From assembly GCA_902763655.1 (NCBI GenBank), contig CACWSW010000005.1, positions 1 through 49,012 of the forward strand: a DNA stretch of 49,012 nucleotides. The letters are read 5' to 3'. The notes beneath the pieces were generated by a model. The model was not told the DNA's origin and did no database searches. It was given only the letters and a program-made list of their open reading frames with translations. The first letter of the stretch is position 1. Every line of letters begins with the position of its first letter. This document shows positions 24,540-33,424 of this stretch, piece by piece. The position numbers were made by a program, and so were the translations under genes. The stretch is from an uncultured bacterium (GTDB lineage: Bacteria > Verrucomicrobiota > Kiritimatiellia > RFP12 > UBA1067).

Positions 24540-25577
24540 ATGATTGCTAAATTACTGCCCAACCGCGTGCGCCGCACCTATCTGGGTGGCGGCCGGATCG
24601 ATGCCTTTACGGGAGGGTCGCGCTTGTCGCGATTGTCAACGGGCGAGACGCCCGTTGTCCCAGTAGAGATGTCCATGCCCGAGGACTGGATGGCGTCTAC
24701 GACCACTGCGTTCAACGGCACGCTTGAGATCGAGGGCGAGGGGCTGGGTCGGCTCGAGGACGGGCGGCTCGTGAAGGACGTGGTCGGCACGTTGCCGATT
24801 CTCGTCAAGTTGTTGGACAGCGACGAGCGTCTGGTGATTCAGGCTCATCCCACCGTGCCGTGCGCGAAACGGCTCTTCAACTCGTCCGTGGGCAAGACGG
24901 AGTGCTGGTATTTCCTCGACGGCACGGCGCCCGACGCGTGCGTGTATCTCGGCTTCAAGCCTGGCATTACGCGGGAGGCGTGGGAGGAGGCCTTCTGGGG
25001 AGGGTCGCAGCTTGCTGCGACCGCGGCGGACGCAATAAATTGCGCCCCTCCCGAGTTGCTCACCTTCCTCCACCGCATTCCGGTGAAGACGGGGGACTTC
25101 GTGTTCGTGGACGGAGGCATGCCGCACGCGATCGGCGGTGGGTGCTTCATGATCGAGCTGCAGGAGCCGAGCGACCTCATGGTGGTGGCGGAGCGCGTCA
25201 CGCCGTCGGGTCGGCGCATCCCCGACGCGAAGATGCACGGCGGCGTCGGCTGGGAGAAGATGTTCGAGGTGTACGAGTACGAAGGGCGGACTTTTGAGGA
25301 GACGTGCGCAAGGTATGTGAAGCGCGCGGCGGGCGCAATAAATTGCGCCCCTCCCGTGACGCAAATCCTCGGGCCGGAATTGACGGACAAGTTTGAGATG
25401 TGGCGCGTGACGAACGGCGGGAGGGTCGCGCTCCAGCGCGACCGTTCTGTCGCCGTGGTCACGGACGGGACTGGCGAGGTGAACGGCCTTGCCGTGAAGA
25501 AGGGGGATAGGCTGGTAATAGCGAACGAGCGTCAGCTCGCCGTGTCCGGCGAAGTGACGCTCGTCGTCTGCGCGTGA
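24540..25577 (+). CDS. manA: class I mannose-6-phosphate isomerase carrying in-frame REP insertions
   Basis: PEDW, ILVKLLD..ERLVIQAHP, KTECWY, GMPHAIG, ELQEPSD cupin/Zn motifs. Confidence 0.8.
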   Translation: MIAKLLPNRVRRTYLGGGRIDAFTGGSRLSRLSTGETPVVPVEMSMPEDWMASTTTAFNGTLEIEGEGLGRLEDGRLVKDVVGTLPILVKLLDSDERLVIQAHPTVPCAKRLFNSSVGKTECWYFLDGTAPDACVYLGFKPGITREAWEEAFWGGSQLAATAADAINCAPPELLTFLHRIPVKTGDFVFVDGGMPHAIGGGCFMIELQEPSDLMVVAERVTPSGRRIPDAKMHGGVGWEKMFEVYEYEGRTFEETCARYVKRAAGAINCAPPVTQILGPELTDKFEMWRVTNGGRVALQRDRSVAVVTDGTGEVNGLAVKKGDRLVIANERQLAVSGEVTLVVCA

Positions 25578-25583
25578 TCCTGC

Positions 25584-27071
25584 TTACTTGTCGAGTGAGC
25601 GGATGCGGATGTTGCGGAAGTAGGGCCGGGATTTCCCGTGCATGCCCTGGAATCCGATCTTGCCCTTCGTGGGGAGGTCGGCCCACGGGCGGCTGAGCCA
25701 TGGCGGGATCTTCGTGCCGTCGGGGTTCTTCTTCGCGTCGGTCCACCTGGAGAGGTCGGCGTCGAGCACCTTCTCACCGTTGCAGATGATCTGGATGTTC
25801 TTGCCGCGCGCGAAGACGGTCATGCGGTTCCACTCGCCGGCGCGGCGAACAGTCTGCTTCGTGGGCGCGCAATGTCCGTAGAGCGAGGCGTTCAGCATGT
25901 ACGCGGGGTCCTTGGACCACTTCTCGGCGTAGTCGTCGAGGAGCTGGACCTCGACAGTGTTGGGAATCCAGTTCTTCGTGTCGGAGCCGTAGATGAGCAC
26001 GCCGGAGTTGGCGCCGGGCTCGAGCTTGTACTCGAAGTCGAGGGCGAAGTTCTCGTACTCGGCCTTCGTCCAGAGGGCGCTGTCCTTGTTCGCGGTGATC
26101 TCGCCGCGGCGGCCCTTCTGCTGCCACACGCCGGGCTCGACGTCGAACTGGTCCTCGATCTTCTGGCCGCGGTTGTAGAGCGGCTTCCAGGGGGCGACGC
26201 GGGAGTTGGGGTGGCCGGAGACGATGTCCATCTTGACGGCCCACTCCCACACGCGGCCCTTCCAGGTGTCGGCGGGCGTGCCGGGCGTGGGCTCGTTCAT
26301 GAAGCAGTGGGGCTCGAGGGCCATCACGTGCAGCTCGGCGGGGATGCCCATCGTGCGGAGCTTGTGGTAGACACGCACGGAGACCATCGGGGACCAGCCG
26401 TCGGCGTCGCCGTGCACTAGGCACATAGGCGGCGTCTTCGCGTCGAACTTGAACTCCGGGACGAGCGGCGCTGAGAGGTCGTCGCACGCCTTCACCTCGC
26501 CCTTCTCCGCGTTCGGCACGAGGCCGTAGGCGGGGTAGACGGGCACGGCCCAGTTCACGTGGCACGGCAGCTTGTCGATGTCGTCGATGGGCTCGTAGGC
26601 GGGCGTCTGCGAGGACGTGGCGACCATGAGGGTGAGGTGTCCGCCTGCGCTGCAGCCGGTGAAGCCGATGTTGTCGGGGTCAAGTCCGCGCTTCGCCGCC
26701 TCGCTGCGCACGATGCGCACGGTGCGCTGGGCGTCCTGCCAGGCGGTGACGTGCTTCGGGAGATTCTTCGGGCGCGGGGTGCGGTACTTCATCGTGACCA
26801 CGGTGACGCCGCGCGCAAGGAAGTAGTCGCGGATGGGCGAGACCTCGAACCCCTCTACGCCGCAGCCCATGTACGAACCGCCGGACACGGAGATCAGGAT
26901 GGCGTCGCTGGTCCTCTTTTCGGGAGTATGCCAGATGAGGTATGGCTTCTCCGGCTGGTTCGCCTGGACGGAGGGCATCTTGCCTTCCGGCCACAGCGGG
27001 ACCTTGGGGCCGGAGGCGCCGAAGAGGGCGAAGCCAGCTATGCAGAACACGGCAATCAGGTTTGTCTTCAT
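25584..27071 (-). CDS. secreted alpha/beta hydrolase (BD-FAE/acetylesterase-like) fused to a DUF1080 domain
   Basis: SGGSY, GCSAGGH nucleophile elbow, HGDAD, EPH; C-terminal YENFALDFEYK..GANSGV..EVQLLD..GEWNRM..GKIGFQGMHG..FRNIRIR typical of DUF1080. Confidence 0.8.
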   Translation of the reverse strand: MKTNLIAVFCIAGFALFGASGPKVPLWPEGKMPSVQANQPEKPYLIWHTPEKRTSDAILISVSGGSYMGCGVEGFEVSPIRDYFLARGVTVVTMKYRTPRPKNLPKHVTAWQDAQRTVRIVRSEAAKRGLDPDNIGFTGCSAGGHLTLMVATSSQTPAYEPIDDIDKLPCHVNWAVPVYPAYGLVPNAEKGEVKACDDLSAPLVPEFKFDAKTPPMCLVHGDADGWSPMVSVRVYHKLRTMGIPAELHVMALEPHCFMNEPTPGTPADTWKGRVWEWAVKMDIVSGHPNSRVAPWKPLYNRGQKIEDQFDVEPGVWQQKGRRGEITANKDSALWTKAEYENFALDFEYKLEPGANSGVLIYGSDTKNWIPNTVEVQLLDDYAEKWSKDPAYMLNASLYGHCAPTKQTVRRAGEWNRMTVFARGKNIQIICNGEKVLDADLSRWTDAKKNPDGTKIPPWLSRPWADLPTKGKIGFQGMHGKSRPYFRNIRIRSLDK

Positions 27072-27108
27072 CTTGCGTTACCTTTCGTGTGTTTCAGGGT
27101 TGACATCG

Positions 27109-28701
27109 CTAGCGGACCGTCTCCGCGCCGAGGGCGGTGGCCTGCTGTACTACGGTGGTCTTCTCGTAGCAGGCGAACGCGCCGTCGACGAGCTCCTTCG
27201 GCGGCTTGCGGCTGAAGAGGTTGACGACCGGCACGATGACGAGTCCGCCCAGCATGGCGAGAGCGCCCGTGTTGATGGGCGACTTCAGGAGCGCAGGCAT
27301 CGCGTCGCGGCAGAAGACGCCCACGAGCGTGAAGGCCGGGGCGAGGATGAAGCACACCCAGCATGACGCTGCCGTCACCTTCTTGGAGTAGAGCGCGTAG
27401 AGGAACGGCGCGAGGAACGCGCCCGCCATCGCGCCCCACGAGACGCCCATCATCTGCGCGATGAAGGCGATCGGGCTGGTGCTCTTGTACTGCACGAGCG
27501 CGAGGATGGCGGAGATGGCGATGAACACGACGATCAGCGCGCGGATGCAGAGCACCTGCTTCTTGTCGCTCATCTTCTTCACGACGGTGCCGTTGATGAA
27601 GTCGATGGTGAAGGTGGAGGACGAGGTGATGACGAGCGAGGATAGCGTGCTCATGGAGGCGGAGAGGACAAGCACCACCACGAGGGCGATGAGCATTGGG
27701 GACAGGCCCTCGAGCATCTTCGGGATGATGGCGTCGAAGCCGCCGGCGGGAATGCCCTTCGGGCCGATGTTCAGCACGTCCGAGAAGAGACGTCCGAAAC
27801 CGCCGAGGAAGTAGCATCCGCCCGCCACCACGAAGGCGAATAGGGTGGAGATGATCGTTCCCTTCTTGATGGAGCCCTCGTTCTTGATCGCGTAGAACTT
27901 CTGCACCATCTGTGGGAGACCCCAGGTGCCGAGGGAGGTAAGGATCACGACGAAGAGCAGGTTCAGGGGCTCGGGGCCGAGGAACGAGGTGAAGATGCCG
28001 GGCGTCGGCTCGCCGCCGGGAATCATGGCGGGACCAGGGACGCGGGCGAGGCCGTCGAGAGCCGCCACGAGGCCACCCTTGGAGGCGAGGATCGCCCAGA
28101 TGACGGCGGCGATGCCCACCAGCATCACGAGCCCCTGGATGAAGTCGTTGATCGCCGTGGCCATGTAGCCGCCCGCGATCACGTAGATGGCGGTGAGGAC
28201 GGACATTAGGACGATGCACCAGGCGTAGTCGATGGAGAACGCCATGCCGAACAGGCGGGAAAGGCCGTTGTAGAGCGAGGCCGTGTAGGGGATGAGGAAG
28301 ATGAAGATGATGGCGGCCGCCATGAGCTTCAGGGCCGGGCTGCCGAAGCGCTTGGCGAAGAAGTCGGGCATGGTGGCGGAGTCGAGGTGTTGCGTCATGA
28401 TGCGCGTGCGGCGCCCGAGGACAGCCCAGGCGAGGAGCGAGCCGATGAGCGCGTTTCCGATGCCGGCCCAGGTGGCCGAGATGCCGTAGCGCCAGCCGAA
28501 CTGGCCGGCGTAGCCCACGAACACGACGGCGGAGAAGTAGGAGGTGCCGTAGGCGAAAGCAGTCAGCCACGGACCTACGGTGCGTCCTCCGAGGACGAAG
28601 CCGTTGACGTCCGTGGCTTTCTTGCGGCACATCCAGCCGATGGCGATCAGCAGGGCGAAATAGGCGGCGAGCAGAATGGTGTTGACTAGTATCTGGTTCA
28701 T
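27109..28701 (-). CDS. sodium:solute symporter (PutP/PanF family)
   Basis: GFVLGGRTVGPWLTAFAYGTSYFSA, TMPDFFAKRF, GGYMATAINDFIQG, GLPQMVQKF, SASMSTLSS; about 13 TM segments. Start at ATG 28701. Confidence 0.9.
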   Translation of the reverse strand: MNQILVNTILLAAYFALLIAIGWMCRKKATDVNGFVLGGRTVGPWLTAFAYGTSYFSAVVFVGYAGQFGWRYGISATWAGIGNALIGSLLAWAVLGRRTRIMTQHLDSATMPDFFAKRFGSPALKLMAAAIIFIFLIPYTASLYNGLSRLFGMAFSIDYAWCIVLMSVLTAIYVIAGGYMATAINDFIQGLVMLVGIAAVIWAILASKGGLVAALDGLARVPGPAMIPGGEPTPGIFTSFLGPEPLNLLFVVILTSLGTWGLPQMVQKFYAIKNEGSIKKGTIISTLFAFVVAGGCYFLGGFGRLFSDVLNIGPKGIPAGGFDAIIPKMLEGLSPMLIALVVVLVLSASMSTLSSLVITSSSTFTIDFINGTVVKKMSDKKQVLCIRALIVVFIAISAILALVQYKSTSPIAFIAQMMGVSWGAMAGAFLAPFLYALYSKKVTAASCWVCFILAPAFTLVGVFCRDAMPALLKSPINTGALAMLGGLVIVPVVNLFSRKPPKELVDGAFACYEKTTVVQQATALGAETVR

Positions 28702-28772
28702 TTGTACGCGTGTCCTTTTAAAAAGAAACGCGCGTAGTATATCAAAAATACCGCCGTTTCGCCATGCGGATA

Positions 28773-29123
28773 TCACCAGTATCGGCGATATGCGCGCGGG
28801 TAGGCGACTGGGGCCGGATAGACCACTGGCGGGGGCGCGACGACCACTGGGGCGGGCGCGACGACTGGAGCGGGGACGACCACGGGGGCGGGTACGGGGG
28901 TCGGATAGACCGTCGGAGCCGTGTAGACCGCTGGGGCCGGGGCTATGATGTCATGCGCAAGTCCCACCGTGGCGGCCGTCAGGCCGACGATGCCTGCCGC
29001 TAGGCCGAGACCATGGTGGTGGTGATGGTGATGATGTCCCCACCCGCCGCGGGGGCCGTGTGCGAAAACGCACGTGGCAGCAGTCATTGCAAGGGCCATA
29101 ACTAAGATTTTCTTCGTGTTCAT
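28773..29123 (-). CDS. small secreted His/Pro-rich protein
   Basis: Signal peptide MNTKKILVMALAMTAATCVFA, an 8-His run, a glycine-zipper-like segment and PAPVVV repeats. Confidence 0.65.
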   Translation of the reverse strand: MNTKKILVMALAMTAATCVFAHGPRGGWGHHHHHHHHGLGLAAGIVGLTAATVGLAHDIIAPAPAVYTAPTVYPTPVPAPVVVPAPVVAPAPVVVAPPPVVYPAPVAYPRAYRRYW

Positions 29124-29223
29124 GATTTGCCTCGTCTTTCTGTTTGCTGTGGGCACCATCGCCCGACATGAATGCTAGGAATCTCGCCCTCGGCCATCTG
29201 ACACGCATTTGAAAAATTTTTCT

Positions 29224-29253
29224 CGTTCCCCGTTCCCCATTCCCCGTTCCCCA
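29224..29253. repeat. heptamer tandem repeat (CRTTCCC)x4
   Basis: CGTTCCC CGTTCCC CATTCCC CGTTCCC CA directly upstream of TGA-TATACT (29254-29262). Confidence 0.8.
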
Positions 29254-29312
29254 TGATATACTTGTCGCGTGCGTGCGCGACATGGTGTCGGGCGCGCAAG
29301 GAAAATATGCAC

Positions 29313-30251
29313 ATGTCGAACGAAAACTTTTCGAGGCGCGGGTTCATGGCGGCTGGTGGCGGCCTGTTGGCGGCGGGATGTCTTGGCACCGATGCGCAGA
29401 AGTCTGCGCAGTGCTGTTCGCGCGGACGGTTCGCGCTCAACCCCGCGACGATACGCGGGTACAAGCTGGAGCTTAAGGACCAGGTCAAGTGTGCGATCGC
29501 CGCTGGCTACGACGGCATCGAGCCGTGGCTCGCTGACGTGCAGAAGGCGAAGGACCGCGGCGAGCTGGGCGACATCAGGAAGATGTGCGCCGACGGCAAC
29601 CTGAAGATCGTGGACGGCATCGGCTTCGCTCACTGGTCGTTGCCGGACGACGCGGCGCGCGCGAAGGGCATAGAGGAGATGAAGCGCGACATGGCGCTCA
29701 TGGCCGAGCTGGACTGCCCCTACATCGCGGCGCCGCCGTTCGGGCTGCAGAAGCCCGGAAGTCCGCACGTGCCGATCGCCGATTTCATACCCAGATACCG
29801 CGCCGTGCTGGAGCTTGGCGACAAGATGGGGGTGACGCCTGTCCTCGAGTTCTGGGGACACTCCGCGAACCTGAGCCGCCTGAACGAGGCGCTGTTCGTG
29901 GCGTCCGCGAGCGGCCACCCCAAGGCTGCGGTGCTGGCCGACGTGTACCACATGTATCGTGGCGGAAGCGAATACGAGGGGCTGCGCTTCCTCTCGCCGT
30001 CCACGCTTCCCATCCTGCACATGAACGACTTCCCGGCGCAGCCCGCGCGGGAGAAGATGACTGACGCTGACCGCGTGTGGCCGGGCGACGGCTGCGCGGA
30101 CTGGAAGCAGATATTCGGCATCCTGCGTGCCGGCAACCTCAATCCGTGGCTATCGCTGGAGCTCTTCAATCCTTCATACTGGAAGACGACGCCGCTGGAG
30201 ACGCTGAAGACTGGCTTGGCAAAGATGAAGCAGGTGGCAAACTCAATCTAA
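29313..30251 (+). CDS. Tat-exported sugar phosphate isomerase/epimerase (AP_endonuc_2 TIM barrel)
   Basis: SRRGFM Tat motif and LAAGC lipobox; GYDGIEPW, LEFWG, DVYHM, HMND, DRVWPGDG, SLELF. Confidence 0.85.
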   Translation: MSNENFSRRGFMAAGGGLLAAGCLGTDAQKSAQCCSRGRFALNPATIRGYKLELKDQVKCAIAAGYDGIEPWLADVQKAKDRGELGDIRKMCADGNLKIVDGIGFAHWSLPDDAARAKGIEEMKRDMALMAELDCPYIAAPPFGLQKPGSPHVPIADFIPRYRAVLELGDKMGVTPVLEFWGHSANLSRLNEALFVASASGHPKAAVLADVYHMYRGGSEYEGLRFLSPSTLPILHMNDFPAQPAREKMTDADRVWPGDGCADWKQIFGILRAGNLNPWLSLELFNPSYWKTTPLETLKTGLAKMKQVANSI

Positions 30252-30270
30252 CGACAGAAAGGAACAGACG

Positions 30271-32379
30271 ATGCACAAATGGCAATTCTTCAAGTCGGCA
30301 CGCTGCGTGCAGGCTAAGGTGGAGACGGGCGACGACCTTCTTGCGCTCAAGGAACTTGACAAGAAGCTGTGGACGGTGCTGGCCGCGCCGACCACGGGCG
30401 TTCGCTTCGACGCGGCGACGCTGAAGCTGCTCGACGCCGACGGCGACGGGCGCGTGCGCGTGCCAGAGGTGCTGGCGGCGGTGGACTGGATGGCGGCGCG
30501 CTTCAAGAAGCTCGACTTCCTCTTCGCCGGCAACGCGGAGATCCCCCTTGACGAGCTGAAGGACGACACGCCCGAGGGCCAGGCGCTCCTTAAGTCCTTC
30601 AAGAACCTGCTCGCTCGCGCCGGCAAGTCTGATGCGGCCACGTTAGCGCTGGCGGACGTGACGGGCATGACTGACGTCTTCAACGCCCAGCCGTTCAACG
30701 GCGACGGCGTGGTCACCGCCAAGTCCACAGCCGATGCCGCCTTGGCGGACACGATTTCGGCAATCGCCGCGGCAGAGGGAACGGTTCCAGACCGCAGCGG
30801 AGAGGCTGGCATCGACCAGGGGAAGGCAGATGCCTTCTTTGCCGATGTCGCCGCGCGTCTCGCGTGGAAGTCGTCCGCGGCCGACGCCGCAGTGCTTGGC
30901 GACAAGACCGCCGACGCCTATGCCGCGTTCAAGGCCGTTGAAGAGAAGATCGACGAGTTCTTCACTCCGCCGGAGGATCTGCCGCTCGTGACGGACGCTC
31001 CGGATCCCGTGCTGCCGCTGACGGTTGGCGTGCATCCGTTCTGGCGCGGCAAGTTCCGCGCGTTCGCGGATGCGGTGGTTGCGCCATCGACGGAGATCAC
31101 GCGCGAAGAGTGGGATGCCGTCAAGGCGAAGTTCGCTCCCTACGAGGCTTGGCTCGCCGCCGAGGCGGGCAAGCCAGTGGCGGGGATTGCCGACGATGCG
31201 CTTGCGGCGTTCGCGAAGGATGGCGCCGCGCAGGCTCAGGTGAACGACCTGATCGCCAAGGACCTGGCGCTCGCGGACGAGTATGGGCGGCTTGTGGACT
31301 GCGAGCGCGCCGTGCGCTATGCGGCCAACCTCGTGCGCTGGCTGCACAACTACGTCAACCAGGCCAACCTCTACGATCCCAAGCGCGACGGCGTGTTCCG
31401 CACCGGCGACCTGTACATCGACGGGCGCGTGTGCCGCCTCTGCTTCGAGGTCGTCAACGAGGGCGCTCACGCCGCGCTCGCAGAGCGCAGCAAGTGCTGT
31501 CTGCTCTACGCGAAGCTGACGCGGCCCGCGACTGGCGAGGCGCGCGAGGTGTGCGCGGTCGTAACGGCGGGACCGACGGCAGGCCTCTACGCCGGACGGA
31601 ACGGACTCTTCATCGACTGCGACGGCAAGGACTGGGAAGCCGTCGTGGCGAAGGTGGTTGAGGCGCAGGTGTCGCTCAAGGAGGCTTTCTGGGCCCCGTG
31701 GGCGAAGATAGGGAACACGATCTCCGAGCAGTGCAAGAAGTTCCTCTCCTCCAAGCAGGACGCCGCAGTGGCGCAGGTTGGCGAGGGGGCTACCGCCGCC
31801 GCATCCGCACCTAAGGCGGCCGAAGCGCCTAGCGGCGCTGCGATCGCGTCTAGCGTGGCCGCGCTTGGCGTGGGCATCGGCATGGCTGGTGCCGCGGTCG
31901 GCGGCCTGATCGGCCTCGTGGCCGGCTTGCCGCTCTGGAAGGTGCTGGCTGGCGTGGCGGCCGTGATCCTGATAGTGTCGCTGCCGAGCGTGATCCTTGC
32001 GTGGTTCAAGCTTCGCGCGCGCGATCTTGGCGCCATCCTCAACGCCGGCGGCTGGGCGGTGAACCGTCCGCTCACCTTCTCGATGGGACTGGCGCGCACG
32101 TTCACGCGTCCCGCAAAGATGCCGGTGGGTTCAGCGGTGGCGCGCGATCCGTACGCGTCGCACGGCTGGCTGAAGGTGCTGTTCGTGCTGCTTCTGCTGG
32201 TAGGAATCGCGGCAGGCGTCTGCTGGAAGCTCGGCGTTTGTCCGTTCAGCTGCTGCAAGAAGCAGTCGGCTCCCGCCGCATGCACGGAGCAGGCGGGCGA
32301 GACCAAGCCTGCAGAAACACCCGCAAAATGCACGGATCAGGCGGGTGAGGCCAAGCCTGCAGAAACACCCGCAAAGTGA
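30271..32379 (+). CDS. conserved hypothetical membrane protein with an EF-hand-like motif
   Basis: DADGDGRVRVPE EF-hand-like loop; three C-terminal hydrophobic segments; SD GAAAGGAAC. Confidence 0.7.
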   Translation: MHKWQFFKSARCVQAKVETGDDLLALKELDKKLWTVLAAPTTGVRFDAATLKLLDADGDGRVRVPEVLAAVDWMAARFKKLDFLFAGNAEIPLDELKDDTPEGQALLKSFKNLLARAGKSDAATLALADVTGMTDVFNAQPFNGDGVVTAKSTADAALADTISAIAAAEGTVPDRSGEAGIDQGKADAFFADVAARLAWKSSAADAAVLGDKTADAYAAFKAVEEKIDEFFTPPEDLPLVTDAPDPVLPLTVGVHPFWRGKFRAFADAVVAPSTEITREEWDAVKAKFAPYEAWLAAEAGKPVAGIADDALAAFAKDGAAQAQVNDLIAKDLALADEYGRLVDCERAVRYAANLVRWLHNYVNQANLYDPKRDGVFRTGDLYIDGRVCRLCFEVVNEGAHAALAERSKCCLLYAKLTRPATGEAREVCAVVTAGPTAGLYAGRNGLFIDCDGKDWEAVVAKVVEAQVSLKEAFWAPWAKIGNTISEQCKKFLSSKQDAAVAQVGEGATAAASAPKAAEAPSGAAIASSVAALGVGIGMAGAAVGGLIGLVAGLPLWKVLAGVAAVILIVSLPSVILAWFKLRARDLGAILNAGGWAVNRPLTFSMGLARTFTRPAKMPVGSAVARDPYASHGWLKVLFVLLLLVGIAAGVCWKLGVCPFSCCKKQSAPAACTEQAGETKPAETPAKCTDQAGEAKPAETPAK

Positions 32380-32419
32380 CGTTCTGATCAGTTCAACATG
32401 AAGTCAGTTCAACATGAAG
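32281..32419 (+). repeat. 48-bp x2 coding tandem repeat plus a 16-bp x2 tandem repeat over the next start codon
   Basis: 32281-32328 and 32329-32376 encode CT(E/D)QAGE(T/A)KPAETPAK twice. TCAGTTCAACATGAAG at 32388-32403 and 32404-32419. Confidence 0.85.
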
Positions 32420-33322
32420 CCATCGCCGGAGATCGAGCAAGTCACAGAGCGTTTCCCGTTCGTGGCGTGCGAGTACGCGCGTGCGCTGGCGGAGTCGAGC
32501 GACGCGTTCCGGCGGCAGCTGGAACCGGACGTGCGAGAGCTGGAGGATGAGGAGGATTTCGGCTCAGACCCCTTCGACGAGGAGGGGGAGGCGAGCGGAT
32601 GCTTCGGGCTCAAGCAGCGCTTCCCAGACCGCGTGCTGGTGATGACCTCGAACGCCTGCTTCATGAACTGCCGCCACTGCACGCGCAAGGGGCTGCTGCG
32701 CCACGCGGAGGTGGTGCGGTCAGACGAGGAGCTCGCGGCGTGCGCCGCCTACGTGCAGGAGCATCCGCTCGTGCGCGACGTGCTGCTCTCTGGCGGAGAC
32801 CCGCTCGTGCTGCCGGATGTCGAGGTGATGCGGTTCGTGCGCGCGTTCGCTGCGTTGCCGCAGGTGGATGTGGTGCGCCTCTGCACACGTGCGCCGTGCG
32901 TCAACCCCGCGCGCGTCACGCGCGACCTGGCTGCGCTTCTCGGCCGTTGCGGCAAGGTGTGGGTGAACACGCAGTTCAACCATCCCGACGAGGTGACGCC
33001 TGCGGCGACTGAGGCCTGCACCAACCTGGTTCGTGCCGGCCTGCCGGTTTCGTGCCAGACAGTCCTGCTCGCGGGCGTGAACGACTCGGCGGACGTGCTG
33101 CTCGACCTGTTCCGCGCGCTCCAGCGCGCGCGCGTGCGGCCATACTACGTGTTCCAGTGCGACCCGGTGGCGGGAATCTCGCACTTCCGCGTGCCGCTCG
33201 AGCGCGCGATCGAGATCGAGCGCGAATGCGCAGCGCGCATCGGCGGGCTGGGACTGCCGCGCTTCGTGGCGGACATCCCAGGGGCGGACCGCAAGATTCC
33301 GCTGGCGGAAGTTGAAGGTTAA
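32414..33322 (+). CDS. KamA/EpmB-family radical SAM protein (lysine 2,3-aminomutase-like)
   Basis: CFMNCRHCTRK (CxxxCxxC), DVLLSGGDPL, NTQFNHPDE, QTVLLAGVNDS, RPYYVFQCD, RKIPL (PLP-lysine position). Confidence 0.85.
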   Translation: MKPSPEIEQVTERFPFVACEYARALAESSDAFRRQLEPDVRELEDEEDFGSDPFDEEGEASGCFGLKQRFPDRVLVMTSNACFMNCRHCTRKGLLRHAEVVRSDEELAACAAYVQEHPLVRDVLLSGGDPLVLPDVEVMRFVRAFAALPQVDVVRLCTRAPCVNPARVTRDLAALLGRCGKVWVNTQFNHPDEVTPAATEACTNLVRAGLPVSCQTVLLAGVNDSADVLLDLFRALQRARVRPYYVFQCDPVAGISHFRVPLERAIEIERECAARIGGLGLPRFVADIPGADRKIPLAEVEG

Positions 33323-33403
33323 ATGGTTAAATGGTTGAAAGTTTAAAGGGTTGGCGGGTTGGAAGGTAGCGGGTTGGAAAGGTTAGAAGTTTAAAGAGTT
33401 AAA
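33311..33403. repeat. degenerate G/A/T-rich ~8-mer tandem repeat (GGTTAAAT/GGTTGGAA-like)
   Basis: About 11 degenerate units, almost C-free on the + strand, between the radical SAM and GDPD genes. Confidence 0.7.
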
Positions 33404-33424
33404 ATCGAAAGAAGAGGTGTTGAG

